IMG/VR virus record: IMGVR_UViG_3300042901_002340
DNA: 64,000 nucleotides
Source: a virus
Lineage: Duplodnaviria; Heunggongvirae; Uroviricota; Caudoviricetes
Reading direction: 5' to 3' (one strand)
Each line of letters opens with the position of its first letter. Position 1 is the stretch's first letter. Positions 30,801 through 38,954 of the stretch are shown one piece after another. The position numbers were made by a program, and so were the translations under genes. The notes under the pieces are model-generated. The model was given only the letters and a program-made list of their open reading frames with translations. It did not search any database and was not told the origin of the DNA.

Positions 30801-32619
30801 CATCCAAGGAATACGAATTATCATACGTGCTAGGAATCTGTATATAATTAGGATTGGGTCTTATATTAAAATTTCTAAGATCCTCTATGAATCCAAAATC
30901 TGGATTTGGGAAGAAATCAAAATCATAACCTATGTTTATATCAGATCTTAACATCTGATCAGTCCAAGATCTTGTGTTTTGTATCATGAAATAAACACCC
31001 TCACCAGTAATGTCTATTATCCTAGCATTTAAAGGTAAATAGTCTCTCTTTAATCTTTCCTTTAAAGCAAATATTTTTATAAGTACTTCCTCTTGTGTAA
31101 ATTTAAAAGCATCAACAACAACAGGGTAACCATATTCGTCAGTGTCACCAGTAACCTTATTAAGATCGTAATAAAGGCCAAATAATGATGTTTTCTTTAT
31201 GGATTTACTAGGAAGTTGTGAATTTTCCGAGGTAACATTAAGAACATAATTTCCCTTCCCGTCAGGCCCGTATGTCTGTGTAAGCTTATATTTACCAGAA
31301 TTTGGATTATCTAATACGTCCCCGATATTATAAGACTGCGAATATCCATTCTTAGATTGCTCAGTTTTTATTTTATTAAGAAAAGATTGATTCTGTTGTA
31401 GAGGCGATTCTAATTTTAGGTTTTTATAGTTTAGATTTAACCAGTATTCCTTTATCCTCATGTCCTGATATCCGAAGAACTTAAGGGCATTAATAAGACC
31501 TTTATAACTACCTATATAAGGAAATATATCCTCGCCAGCTATAAGTAGCTCTTTTCTCTTTTCATTGATCTCTAGAAAGTTTGGAACTGGTTCAGCAGGA
31601 TCATGATCCCTAAGTATCACAGAATCACTATTATAAAAAGATCTCCCTATATTCTCCAGAAGAACCTTAAATCTTTCATCCTCACCTATAGTTTGTCCAT
31701 AGAAATCAACCTCCATAATCTTCTGGGGAGTTCCTGTTGTTATGTCCTCTACGATAAGTTTTCTTTCATAGACATTGTCCAAATCATCCGGTGAATTTAA
31801 GGCAACGTTTATTGCTACTGCATCGGAAATAACATTCTCAGTAACTATTAAACCATTAGAATAGTAGTCATTAATATCGGAATCTATAGGAATTACCATA
31901 TTCGGATAACTAATAATCAATGGCTCACCATCTCCTCCAGGCAATTGATCTTCTATGGTATATGTGAATATTATTTCGGAAACGTCAACATCGCCATAGT
32001 TATTGTTATACCACCTGGTTCTCCATCTTGCCCCTGTGGACCCAATATTAGACGTGTGAGGTAACCCATATTCAAGATCACCTGAAGGTGTTAAAAACTC
32101 CTGAACCACAAAAATCTGTTGGTTCTCATACAACCCAGTAGAAATTGGATCGAAATAGATATTACCTTTGAAATATCCACCGGGTCTATTCTCATAACTG
32201 GTTTCAAAATAAACCTGAGTATCATAGCTTATAATACTCTGTCCGAGAAAATAACTCTTAGGTAGAACAACAGTAAAAGTCTGATTCACATTAATTGTAA
32301 TTGATCCTAACTTACATTTGAAATTGGTATTTGCAACAGGAATATGACCAGTTAAATATATGGTTGCACCCTTATCCATAAAATCACCAGCTTCGACACA
32401 CCATCTAGATAAATTTGTATTGTTTACATCATCTATATTTAAAGTAAGAGTATAATCATCAGGATTTTCTACCCATTGGAAGTAACCAGCAGTAGTTGCA
32501 GAATCACTAAGAATATGTGAAAATACAGTATCAAGAGGTGTTGGACCAGTTGGTCCTATGTAATCAAAATTTAACGGATTACCATTTTTGTTATAAAAAT
32601 TAAGATTTAGATTTGCCAT
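27847..32619 (-). CDS. Baseplate wedge-like (gp7-type) large protein with a mucin-like poly-Thr C-terminal extension
   Basis: 1590 aa, two genes downstream of the gp6-like gene. IGSYKGLINALKFFGY wedge-type motif. C-terminal T/S runs. Confidence 0.6.
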   Translation of the reverse strand: MANLNLNFYNKNGNPLNFDYIGPTGPTPLDTVFSHILSDSATTAGYFQWVENPDDYTLTLNIDDVNNTNLSRWCVEAGDFMDKGATIYLTGHIPVANTNFKCKLGSITINVNQTFTVVLPKSYFLGQSIISYDTQVYFETSYENRPGGYFKGNIYFDPISTGLYENQQIFVVQEFLTPSGDLEYGLPHTSNIGSTGARWRTRWYNNNYGDVDVSEIIFTYTIEDQLPGGDGEPLIISYPNMVIPIDSDINDYYSNGLIVTENVISDAVAINVALNSPDDLDNVYERKLIVEDITTGTPQKIMEVDFYGQTIGEDERFKVLLENIGRSFYNSDSVILRDHDPAEPVPNFLEINEKRKELLIAGEDIFPYIGSYKGLINALKFFGYQDMRIKEYWLNLNYKNLKLESPLQQNQSFLNKIKTEQSKNGYSQSYNIGDVLDNPNSGKYKLTQTYGPDGKGNYVLNVTSENSQLPSKSIKKTSLFGLYYDLNKVTGDTDEYGYPVVVDAFKFTQEEVLIKIFALKERLKRDYLPLNARIIDITGEGVYFMIQNTRSWTDQMLRSDINIGYDFDFFPNPDFGFIEDLRNFNIRPNPNYIQIPSTYDNSYSLDVSFPGGTGSAIRFNGYIPYGVTGDNPILKLQAGKSYTFNVKDPNSTGASFNITSFSGYPNSPLQWPLNVPTGIVNNGATGGYSMQWYIAPEASGTIRYYSKTNPTSMSGLIQIVPATLSDLGNIINPLDSQQNYTPVQNESLLSAIAEFYNLKQNGKIIELGDGKLDPPAYTDPVTGEMYETPVGMPVILELSPDRWEWDELNIDWDALLIPTYRPGDRVRVKSTGIFGTVTAVYYSSGDYEIALDDSTTGIFGDTELYSDVQNYSMLNWKNVDFSNMMEIEWIVNKSATQSGTPYHFEFRGSIVDYYKLAHFLPYTGEYQVICNTYDAFNAKTSVIKNSSIFVDPKTVDIDSWARYREVENYLWNNVDREWREYDSIWEYPSEGSTMDELKKAIPSEILDFATYGNKADDGQDVYVRTTQPPNGAYGTITLNQKTLTVSAIESLEITTGQYGYANVTTTIFHDLSDGDEVTITGSIPQINGRWYAMVVDEFTFYIPITLESIWSGVLLQTISPQKLYVDTSIYGSQRILGGGNLSVYVGDRLIGYSETGDSLYNSANEITSAINSLRTYPDYFASCENPQEDPVTITIYAPSELGADQNGVPLRVEESGSINILSVSASLTGGVNSEDFYVYWDENIEEYPNPNLKYWGTKRLCWQIFNESTWDDGYAHSWYDYEFNNDWLGGYELHSLRNLDTLKISTGNETYPFPGTLIFFGLGKFRVLTLATAASQLNNSGLENIGNFHYRVIPNDAGSLLATVGPINTAVNNAILVNGPYYAPPSLIGGSALLIPDFGYTGGSPVTTTTTTTSTTTTTSTTTTTTTTSTTTTTTLAPTTTTTTTAPPFDCILSGTAVVNYPTTTSTTTTTTVSPFGTFTVYNTTGNTVTGTWQIFYESVPRSDISAGFATIPNNGVVELPMNSNFLPTTGGNFVIRFQGTGIGTFSKASLGGGSLIGPVNFTYAAPVYVATLNAAPGQIQYSYAITVST
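28205..28402 (-). repeat. Thr-codon (ACN)n microsatellite encoding mucin-like tracts
   Basis: The + strand reads gtt/gtc runs with recurring gtactagtc blocks. Protein: TTTTTTTTSTTTTTSTTTTTTTTSTTTTTTLAPTTTTTTTAPP...PTTTSTTTTTT. Confidence 0.95.
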
Positions 32620-32625
32620 TTTAAA

Positions 32626-33156
32626 TTAGAAAACTCTTTTATTGTTTCTTTTAACCGTATAATTAACAAAGTTTTTTATTCCCTTTGTTGATTCAATCAA
32701 TCCGTATACTACTCTTTCAAAATAGCTAAGAATTCCCTCCTTGACAGGATCCCTATATATAACATTAGACAAACTTCTTCTAAGAATCTGATCCCTATAA
32801 TCGAATCCATTATATAAGTTATCGTTCTGACTATCCCTTACGTCATATAGATTCTGACCTGGATCAAAATCATAATATCTTCTATCAACATTTTCAACCG
32901 CCATCTCCTTCATTATTTTTTTATATTCTTCTGATGATGAACAAGGTCCAAACATATATGTGCCGTTAGCATTTGTAGTTATTGCACGATATCCGGAGCA
33001 CCCTATATTATAAGCTCTATTAGTAGCAAGCTCTACTGTACTATAAAGGTCCTTAGAACTATAAAAAGTTGTATTTTTCGTTTTCGGTGTTATACCCTTA
33101 GTCGTATAATCAATCTTAAGAGTGTCGTCAGGAAAAAACGGTGAATATGATTGCAT
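32626..33156 (-). CDS. Hypothetical baseplate-associated protein
   Basis: 176 aa, tightly packed between the gp6-like and gp7-like genes. Contains a RAY.IGCSGY...GPC mini-domain. Confidence 0.5.
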   Translation of the reverse strand: MQSYSPFFPDDTLKIDYTTKGITPKTKNTTFYSSKDLYSTVELATNRAYNIGCSGYRAITTNANGTYMFGPCSSSEEYKKIMKEMAVENVDRRYYDFDPGQNLYDVRDSQNDNLYNGFDYRDQILRRSLSNVIYRDPVKEGILSYFERVVYGLIESTKGIKNFVNYTVKRNNKRVF

Positions 33157-33161
33157 TGCTA

Positions 33162-34886
33162 TTATTTATTTTGAGCTGCTAATTGTGTCTTAAGTTCGGA
33201 AGTTAGATCACTTCTGAAATTCTTAGGTACCAGAGAAGCAACAGTTATATTAAGAGGTCCAGGTTTACCTGCAACTATACTATCAGTAAAGAATGTTCCG
33301 TTCCTATCAGACCACCCACCTCTGAGTATAACAAGTTCATTTCTTCCTATTAATATATCACCAAAATTATCCATTCCTATAACCTCGTTATATTGGGAAT
33401 CACTAACATTAGAAAGATTCTTTATCGCTATTTGATTGGCTTCGTTTTTCTGTCCTATGAAAAATAAAGAAACTGAATCAACCCCAGCTATACCTTCAAC
33501 TACTGCTATGAGATCAGATTTTGGTATCTTATCCCTTCTTTTATTACCAAGCATATAATCAGAGAATCTTTTTCTTATAGTTTGTTTTATAGTTTCGGGA
33601 TCATAACCTTCAAAAATAGAAATTACGACATTAACAACATATCTTGTTATTATTGGCTCAACTATTTTAACAACAGTTGTTGCTATCATAGATCCAGAGT
33701 CCTGAATCATGTTTATTATTTTTGTTTTTTGTTGCTGTGTCAATAGAAAATCAGCATCGGACACACTGAAGTAATCCTCATTAGTTGTTAAATTTAGAGT
33801 GACATCAGGAACTAAATAAAGGTAAACTATATTATCATCATCCAGATAATCATCATCAAAAGTTGAAAATGCCTGGATTTGAGAGAAAACACCAAATTTG
33901 GTCAAGAATATCTCATAGTTTACTGGATTTGCAAAAACAAAAGATCTACTTGTTTTAGGAGCAACCAATCTTATAAGAGATATACTTTCGGGATTGGTTC
34001 CGAAAGTTGGGTCTATGTTATTCTTAATATCTATATAAAGATTAAGATCAACTTCACCACCAAAAAGATCAGTACCAGTAGTCACAAATTTATATGTAAG
34101 TGGTGTTTCTTTTGTAGAATTTGCATTACCACTTATTCCGCTTGTTTGTAGATATTCAACTCTTATAACAGATCCAGGCGGAGGGACCATACCAAAATTA
34201 GAATTACCAAAATAAATATCAATGCCCTCCTGTATTCCACTTCTAACTAAATATCCCTTACCATTAAGAGGTACGTCATAGAGTGAATCATATCTTTTCC
34301 AAGTTTCCTCGTTAACATAAACATCTATATAAAATTGATCTATATAAGATCCTGCTGTTGAAGGAAGATTATAACTTTGCAAGGCAACACCACTTCCTGT
34401 TAATGTTGCGCTCTCGAAATTACCCTGTACTATTTTTGCAGCTATAGAATTACCTCTTACTAAGGGTATAGTAACTTCGCTACTGCCAAATCTAAGAGAA
34501 TATATTTTACCATTTTGTAGGCATCTTATTTGAGAATTACCTTTTATTATGACAGCACCTCCAGAAACGTCTCCCTCCCTAGTGTTCCAAGATATAGAAA
34601 CCTCGCCCTGAGCAGCGGCTGCCCTACCTGGATCATATCCAGCTATTCTAGCTAAACTTCTCACCGAATAGTCCCTAGTTGCTTCCTGCATATTCAATTC
34701 AGTTATGGAATCCTCAATAAAATATAATATAAGCTGGGAAAGATTCTGAAGAACAAAAAGTATTTGTCCCCATGCAGAAGCAACAGTAAATACGTTTGTT
34801 GTTTGATTATATGTACTTTGGAGAAAAGAAAAAGTATCTCCTAAAAGTCCATCAATAAGTATGTTATTTTTCTTAAATATATTCAT
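33162..34886 (-). CDS. Baseplate wedge protein, T4 gp6-like
   Basis: SV..LARIAGY.P, IYFGNSNFG.VP..GS.I.VEYL.TSG..GN and ESISLIR..AP motifs. Directly follows the gp25-like gene. Confidence 0.85.
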   Translation of the reverse strand: MNIFKKNNILIDGLLGDTFSFLQSTYNQTTNVFTVASAWGQILFVLQNLSQLILYFIEDSITELNMQEATRDYSVRSLARIAGYDPGRAAAAQGEVSISWNTREGDVSGGAVIIKGNSQIRCLQNGKIYSLRFGSSEVTIPLVRGNSIAAKIVQGNFESATLTGSGVALQSYNLPSTAGSYIDQFYIDVYVNEETWKRYDSLYDVPLNGKGYLVRSGIQEGIDIYFGNSNFGMVPPPGSVIRVEYLQTSGISGNANSTKETPLTYKFVTTGTDLFGGEVDLNLYIDIKNNIDPTFGTNPESISLIRLVAPKTSRSFVFANPVNYEIFLTKFGVFSQIQAFSTFDDDYLDDDNIVYLYLVPDVTLNLTTNEDYFSVSDADFLLTQQQKTKIINMIQDSGSMIATTVVKIVEPIITRYVVNVVISIFEGYDPETIKQTIRKRFSDYMLGNKRRDKIPKSDLIAVVEGIAGVDSVSLFFIGQKNEANQIAIKNLSNVSDSQYNEVIGMDNFGDILIGRNELVILRGGWSDRNGTFFTDSIVAGKPGPLNITVASLVPKNFRSDLTSELKTQLAAQNK

Positions 34887-34891
34887 TTCTG

Positions 34892-35263
34892 TTATGTTAA
34901 TTTTAGTGTTACTAAAGGACTTAAACCTCCATCGGATTGTATATTAAAATCAAGAGTTGCTATATCCCTTTGAGTACCCTGGTAGAATTTCAATTCATAA
35001 GTTCCACCCAATGACGCAAAAAGAGGAACATAGACCTTAAGATTAAGATCAAGTTCCTTTTTTATACTGTATTCAGAAAGTTCCAGATTGAAAATAAGAT
35101 CCTCTAAATTTAAACCGAATTTAGGATCACCCAAAACTTCGCCCTTGTTTGTAAGGAGTAGCATTTTAAGTTGGCCTGTACAGACTTCTATTGGATCTGT
35201 TACCTCTAACTGATAAGGATTGTACTTTGGATCGTCAGGATCTCTATTATATATTTCTCTCAT
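34892..35263 (-). CDS. Baseplate wedge subunit, gp25-like
   Basis: LLLTNKGEVLGDPKFGLNLEDLIF matches the gp25 T..GE....P.FG..L..LLF signature. Confidence 0.85.
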   Translation of the reverse strand: MREIYNRDPDDPKYNPYQLEVTDPIEVCTGQLKMLLLTNKGEVLGDPKFGLNLEDLIFNLELSEYSIKKELDLNLKVYVPLFASLGGTYELKFYQGTQRDIATLDFNIQSDGGLSPLVTLKLT

Positions 35264-35280
35264 AGGGAATTAATTCATCC

Positions 35281-35288
35281 TATATATC
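35281..35288 (-). promoter_or_regulatory. GATATATA putative late promoter (gp25 operon)
   Basis: About 18 nt upstream of ATG 35263. Confidence 0.65.
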
Positions 35289-35332
35289 AATAAAATTTGA
35301 CGATGATAAATTAAAATAATAAATTCAAATAT

Positions 35333-35340
35333 GATATATA
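35333..35340 (+). promoter_or_regulatory. GATATATA putative late promoter (endonuclease)
   Basis: 18 nt upstream of ATG 35359, divergent from the 35281 copy. Confidence 0.6.
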
Positions 35341-35358
35341 GAGAAAACACACCAAGAT

Positions 35359-36690
35359 ATGAAAAATTTAGAAGAATTAATAGACAAGGAGAAAAATAAG
35401 GAAACCAAAGTTTTAGGTCCATTCCTTAATAAAATGAAACGGGATTCCGGATTGATCTCAGAATTGGAGGAATCAACACGATACCTGGACACAGAATATG
35501 ATAATGTGTCTATAGGACAAAGATTCTATCATGTATGGTTTAATGAGCACAACATAATAAAATGTAAATACTGTGCAAGAAATGCCAAATTTTCAGTGTA
35601 TGATAGATTCTCGGATAAGATTGATAAAAAGGATTCAAACTATTACACACATTGCGGTTCAGTTAGCTGTCTAATAGATGACTTTAAAGAAAGAGGCAAT
35701 AGTAAACAGGGATATGGTTCGCTAATAGGAAAAATATCAGGAGACACAGATACTAGAAATGAACTGCTTTCGCTGACTAGCTTCCTGGATGAAGAATATA
35801 CAAACATAAGTGATTCACAAAGATTCTATCATGTATTTTTTAATAAAATGGAGTTGGAATTGTGTGAATTTTGTGGGAAACCAAGGAAATATGGCTTTAT
35901 GAATAAATTCTCAGAAATACGAGATAAAAGAGATTCGAACTATTGCAGGACATGCATCGAAAAAAAATGTTTAATAATGGCAAATATTAAATATTCCAAA
36001 ATTGGATTAATGAATAATCACGGGGTTCAAAATCAATGGGATATACCAGGATATAGGGAAAGTATAGAAACGACGAATATGGAGAGGTACGGGAATAAAT
36101 ATTATACCACCACAAATCAATTCAAAGAAAAATGTACAGAAAAATACAATCTAGATTGGAACGGGAAACATCCAACAAGCCACCAATCAACAAAGGATAA
36201 AAAATATAAAACCAATCTTGGGAAATATGGGTTTAAGTGCGCATTAATGGATAAGGAGCTTATGAAAAAATCAATGCTTGAAAAGTACGGTGTTGAACAC
36301 AATATGAGGATCCCAGAAATACACGAAAAAGCAATGGTAACAATGAGAAGATATTACGATTATACATTACCGAGTGGAAAAATCATAAAACTTCAGGGTT
36401 ACGAAAAGTTTGCAATGGATATATTATTGACCCGATTCGAGGAGAATGATATACTTACAGATATGCATGATATATCAAATATAACCGGCCAAATAATATA
36501 CAATGGTGGAAATAGATATTACCCAGATATCTATATAAAATCAATAAATAAAATATTGGAAGTTAAAAGCCCATATACTTATAAAATGCACGAAAATAAA
36601 AATATAATGAAAATGCAAAGATGTCTCGAAATGGGTATGGATTTTGAATTCATGATATTTGATAGCAAAGGTAATCTAGTAAATATATAA
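35359..36690 (+). CDS. Free-standing putative homing endonuclease: duplicated Zn-binding modules, T..(E/K)YG repeats, C-terminal PD-(D/E)XK nuclease
   Basis: Two ~100-aa repeats with CxxC...CxxxxC; TNMERYG/TNLGKYG/SMLEKYG repeats; LQGYE...YYPDIYI...ILEVKS nuclease motif. Inverted relative to the operon. Confidence 0.75.
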   Translation: MKNLEELIDKEKNKETKVLGPFLNKMKRDSGLISELEESTRYLDTEYDNVSIGQRFYHVWFNEHNIIKCKYCARNAKFSVYDRFSDKIDKKDSNYYTHCGSVSCLIDDFKERGNSKQGYGSLIGKISGDTDTRNELLSLTSFLDEEYTNISDSQRFYHVFFNKMELELCEFCGKPRKYGFMNKFSEIRDKRDSNYCRTCIEKKCLIMANIKYSKIGLMNNHGVQNQWDIPGYRESIETTNMERYGNKYYTTTNQFKEKCTEKYNLDWNGKHPTSHQSTKDKKYKTNLGKYGFKCALMDKELMKKSMLEKYGVEHNMRIPEIHEKAMVTMRRYYDYTLPSGKIIKLQGYEKFAMDILLTRFEENDILTDMHDISNITGQIIYNGGNRYYPDIYIKSINKILEVKSPYTYKMHENKNIMKMQRCLEMGMDFEFMIFDSKGNLVNI

Positions 36691-36744
36691 AAATAATTAC
36701 ATTATTAACAATATTTCTACAGTATTATTAGAAATACCGTTAAA

Positions 36745-37533
36745 TTAATTCCATTGCAAGAAATAACTTGCGGTTGATTCCCCATTTATCATGTCCATTA
36801 CCTCCTGAAGCTCGGTAGTTCCCTGATTTCCTATCTCGCCAGCGTTTATAGTAACACCACCAGGAAGATTATATGTGAACACACTAAGCATTTGGGAAAG
36901 AGCTATCTTCGATTTGGCTATGCAATATCTCACAAAAAGTTCATCATCAAAAAGATATTCGTCAGGAATAGCAACGTGACATCTAACAGAAACATCAATA
37001 CCACCAACGCCGAATCCTTGGGCAAGTTGACTTCCCTGTCCACTCTTTCCTGATCTATTAGGATCTCTACCCAATATGGTTAAGGCTTTTGTGTTTTTGT
37101 TGTATTTATAAGCAAACGTGTTTAGCAGGTATGCTTTTGCAAGATCGAAATATGAGTACATAACTGTTCTATAAACCATATTATCTCCCATAAAGGGCGA
37201 AAGTAACAATTCAGAACCAAGTAATTTCGAATCACCAAAGTCTCTATCTGGGGTTCCGGACAAACCAGACCCACCAAGTTCTCTAACCTCATATACACCA
37301 ATTATGGAAGGGGGAAGAACTATTTGTCTGGTTCTTTTAAACTCCGGATGTGCAAATATGCTATTGGCTATAACAAAAACTCTATCCTCAACCGCATATT
37401 GATAATTGTCATAAAACCAAGCTTTAGCTCTTTTTATTATCCTCTCAATCTCGGTTGCATTCAAGCTATATGGTAATGCACAACTAAAATTTAATGCATC
37501 CTCGATTTCCTGTACTAATTCTTCCTGTGTCAT
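36745..37533 (-). CDS. Neck (head-tail adaptor) protein, T4 gp13-like
   Basis: C-terminal LPGGVTINA.EI...G..EL signature; N-terminal helix ending WFYDNY. Confidence 0.75.
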   Translation of the reverse strand: MTQEELVQEIEDALNFSCALPYSLNATEIERIIKRAKAWFYDNYQYAVEDRVFVIANSIFAHPEFKRTRQIVLPPSIIGVYEVRELGGSGLSGTPDRDFGDSKLLGSELLLSPFMGDNMVYRTVMYSYFDLAKAYLLNTFAYKYNKNTKALTILGRDPNRSGKSGQGSQLAQGFGVGGIDVSVRCHVAIPDEYLFDDELFVRYCIAKSKIALSQMLSVFTYNLPGGVTINAGEIGNQGTTELQEVMDMINGESTASYFLQWN

Positions 37534-37547
37534 TTTGGGTTTTTATT

Positions 37548-38954
37548 TTAATAGTTCATGTTTCCAAACTTGGAACCACCGTAACGATCATTAAGATTTT
37601 TAAGTCTACTATCAGTAACAAATCTAGTCATTCTAATATCTTCGGGGGCTTTGACCTTCATGGTTTCCTTACTAACATCAGAATTATCCCCAAGTATTCC
37701 TCCTCTAAAAACACCACCAACTATTTTGCAGTTTATGTTTTTATTTTCACAATCTATGAAGCAATCTTTTAATTCATTACTGAAATCAACTATCGTTGAT
37801 TTAACCTTAGATGCTATAACCTTTGTTCCACCGAAAATGACAGAATCTTCAACACATGATTTTTTTATAGAACAATTATAGATGTTACAGTTTCTAATCG
37901 TAGCATTTTTTATATCACACAATATGAGATCAACCCCATCAATCTCAAATGCACCTCTACTCCTAGCTTCCTTAACTTGTGATCTACCTGTGGTTGTATC
38001 ATAATTGAAATAACATGATGTTATATTTCCATCAACTATTAAATCAAAGATTTTATCCCTTATAGCAAAGAAATAGGTTTTAATATTTTCATCCCAACCT
38101 TTAAGATCGACAAAAATATGAAAATCAGGATAGTTTCTAAAAAATATATCGGGATCGCTGAAAGATCTAACAACCTTAGCATACCTATTCATCATGGATT
38201 GCAAAGTAGCAAGATCCTGTTTTGTGTACCCAGATATTCTTCCACTTAAAAGATCATATAAATAAAGAATAATATAATCTATTATTTCTCTTATATCCTT
38301 TATTTTCTTTTGATAATCCCTATTACCGAGATATCTGAATTCTATGTAGCCCTTTGGTATTTTTGTAAAATTCACACCATAATATTTGTCCTCAGGTACT
38401 CTGTACATTTTAGGATCTATAGTGGAAATGTTTTCAAGAACGGAAAATCTATTTCTAGGAAGTACTTTTTTTACAGATTTTGCATAGACGTTTTTTTCTC
38501 TTGAACCAAACTTAGAATATATTAGGTCTTCATCAAGACCTAATATAAACTTAAGCTTATCTATGGTTTCAATTTTATTCTTTACGTCTTTCCTGTTCTT
38601 ATCGAAGCTTACTGAGAATTGGAATGCACATCTATCATTAGTCCATCCATTTTCATCTATCCATTTTAATATCTTTATTAAAATTGGAATTGCCTCCATG
38701 TAAGGAAGTGGTCCGGTGATAAGCTCAACCATTTTATTACCCCCAGAATAGTCTGGTTCGAGTTTAAAGTTGTTTGAATCAACCGGTGTTTTTGAGTGAT
38801 ATTTTTCGGAAACTATAACTTTCTTTTTGACAAGTTGGGATAATGCTTCAGCAGCCTTACCTTTTAAAAGGTCGGTGTAAAATTCAAATTCGAAACCAAT
38901 TACCGCTGAACTAAGTGCATTAAGCTTATCAAAATGTGTTCTATTATCCGACAT
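37548..38954 (-). CDS. Putative amidoligase (COOH-NH2 ligase, glutamine-synthetase-like fold) with a C-terminal beta-helix-like tail
   Basis: IGFEFEF, EPD.SGG..MVELITGP, TNDRC.FQ, KYYGVNF and YIEFR motifs. C-terminal I.N..I.N pentapeptide-like repeats. Confidence 0.65.
   Translation of the reverse strand: MSDNRTHFDKLNALSSAVIGFEFEFYTDLLKGKAAEALSQLVKKKVIVSEKYHSKTPVDSNNFKLEPDYSGGNKMVELITGPLPYMEAIPILIKILKWIDENGWTNDRCAFQFSVSFDKNRKDVKNKIETIDKLKFILGLDEDLIYSKFGSREKNVYAKSVKKVLPRNRFSVLENISTIDPKMYRVPEDKYYGVNFTKIPKGYIEFRYLGNRDYQKKIKDIREIIDYIILYLYDLLSGRISGYTKQDLATLQSMMNRYAKVVRSFSDPDIFFRNYPDFHIFVDLKGWDENIKTYFFAIRDKIFDLIVDGNITSCYFNYDTTTGRSQVKEARSRGAFEIDGVDLILCDIKNATIRNCNIYNCSIKKSCVEDSVIFGGTKVIASKVKSTIVDFSNELKDCFIDCENKNINCKIVGGVFRGGILGDNSDVSKETMKVKAPEDIRMTRFVTDSRLKNLNDRYGGSKFGNMNY

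Noticed and set aside
36707-36742. Weak inverted repeat (tatttcta...tagaaata) between the convergent endonuclease and neck genes
   Set aside because: The stem is almost all A-T and has no U-tract, too weak to call as a terminator.
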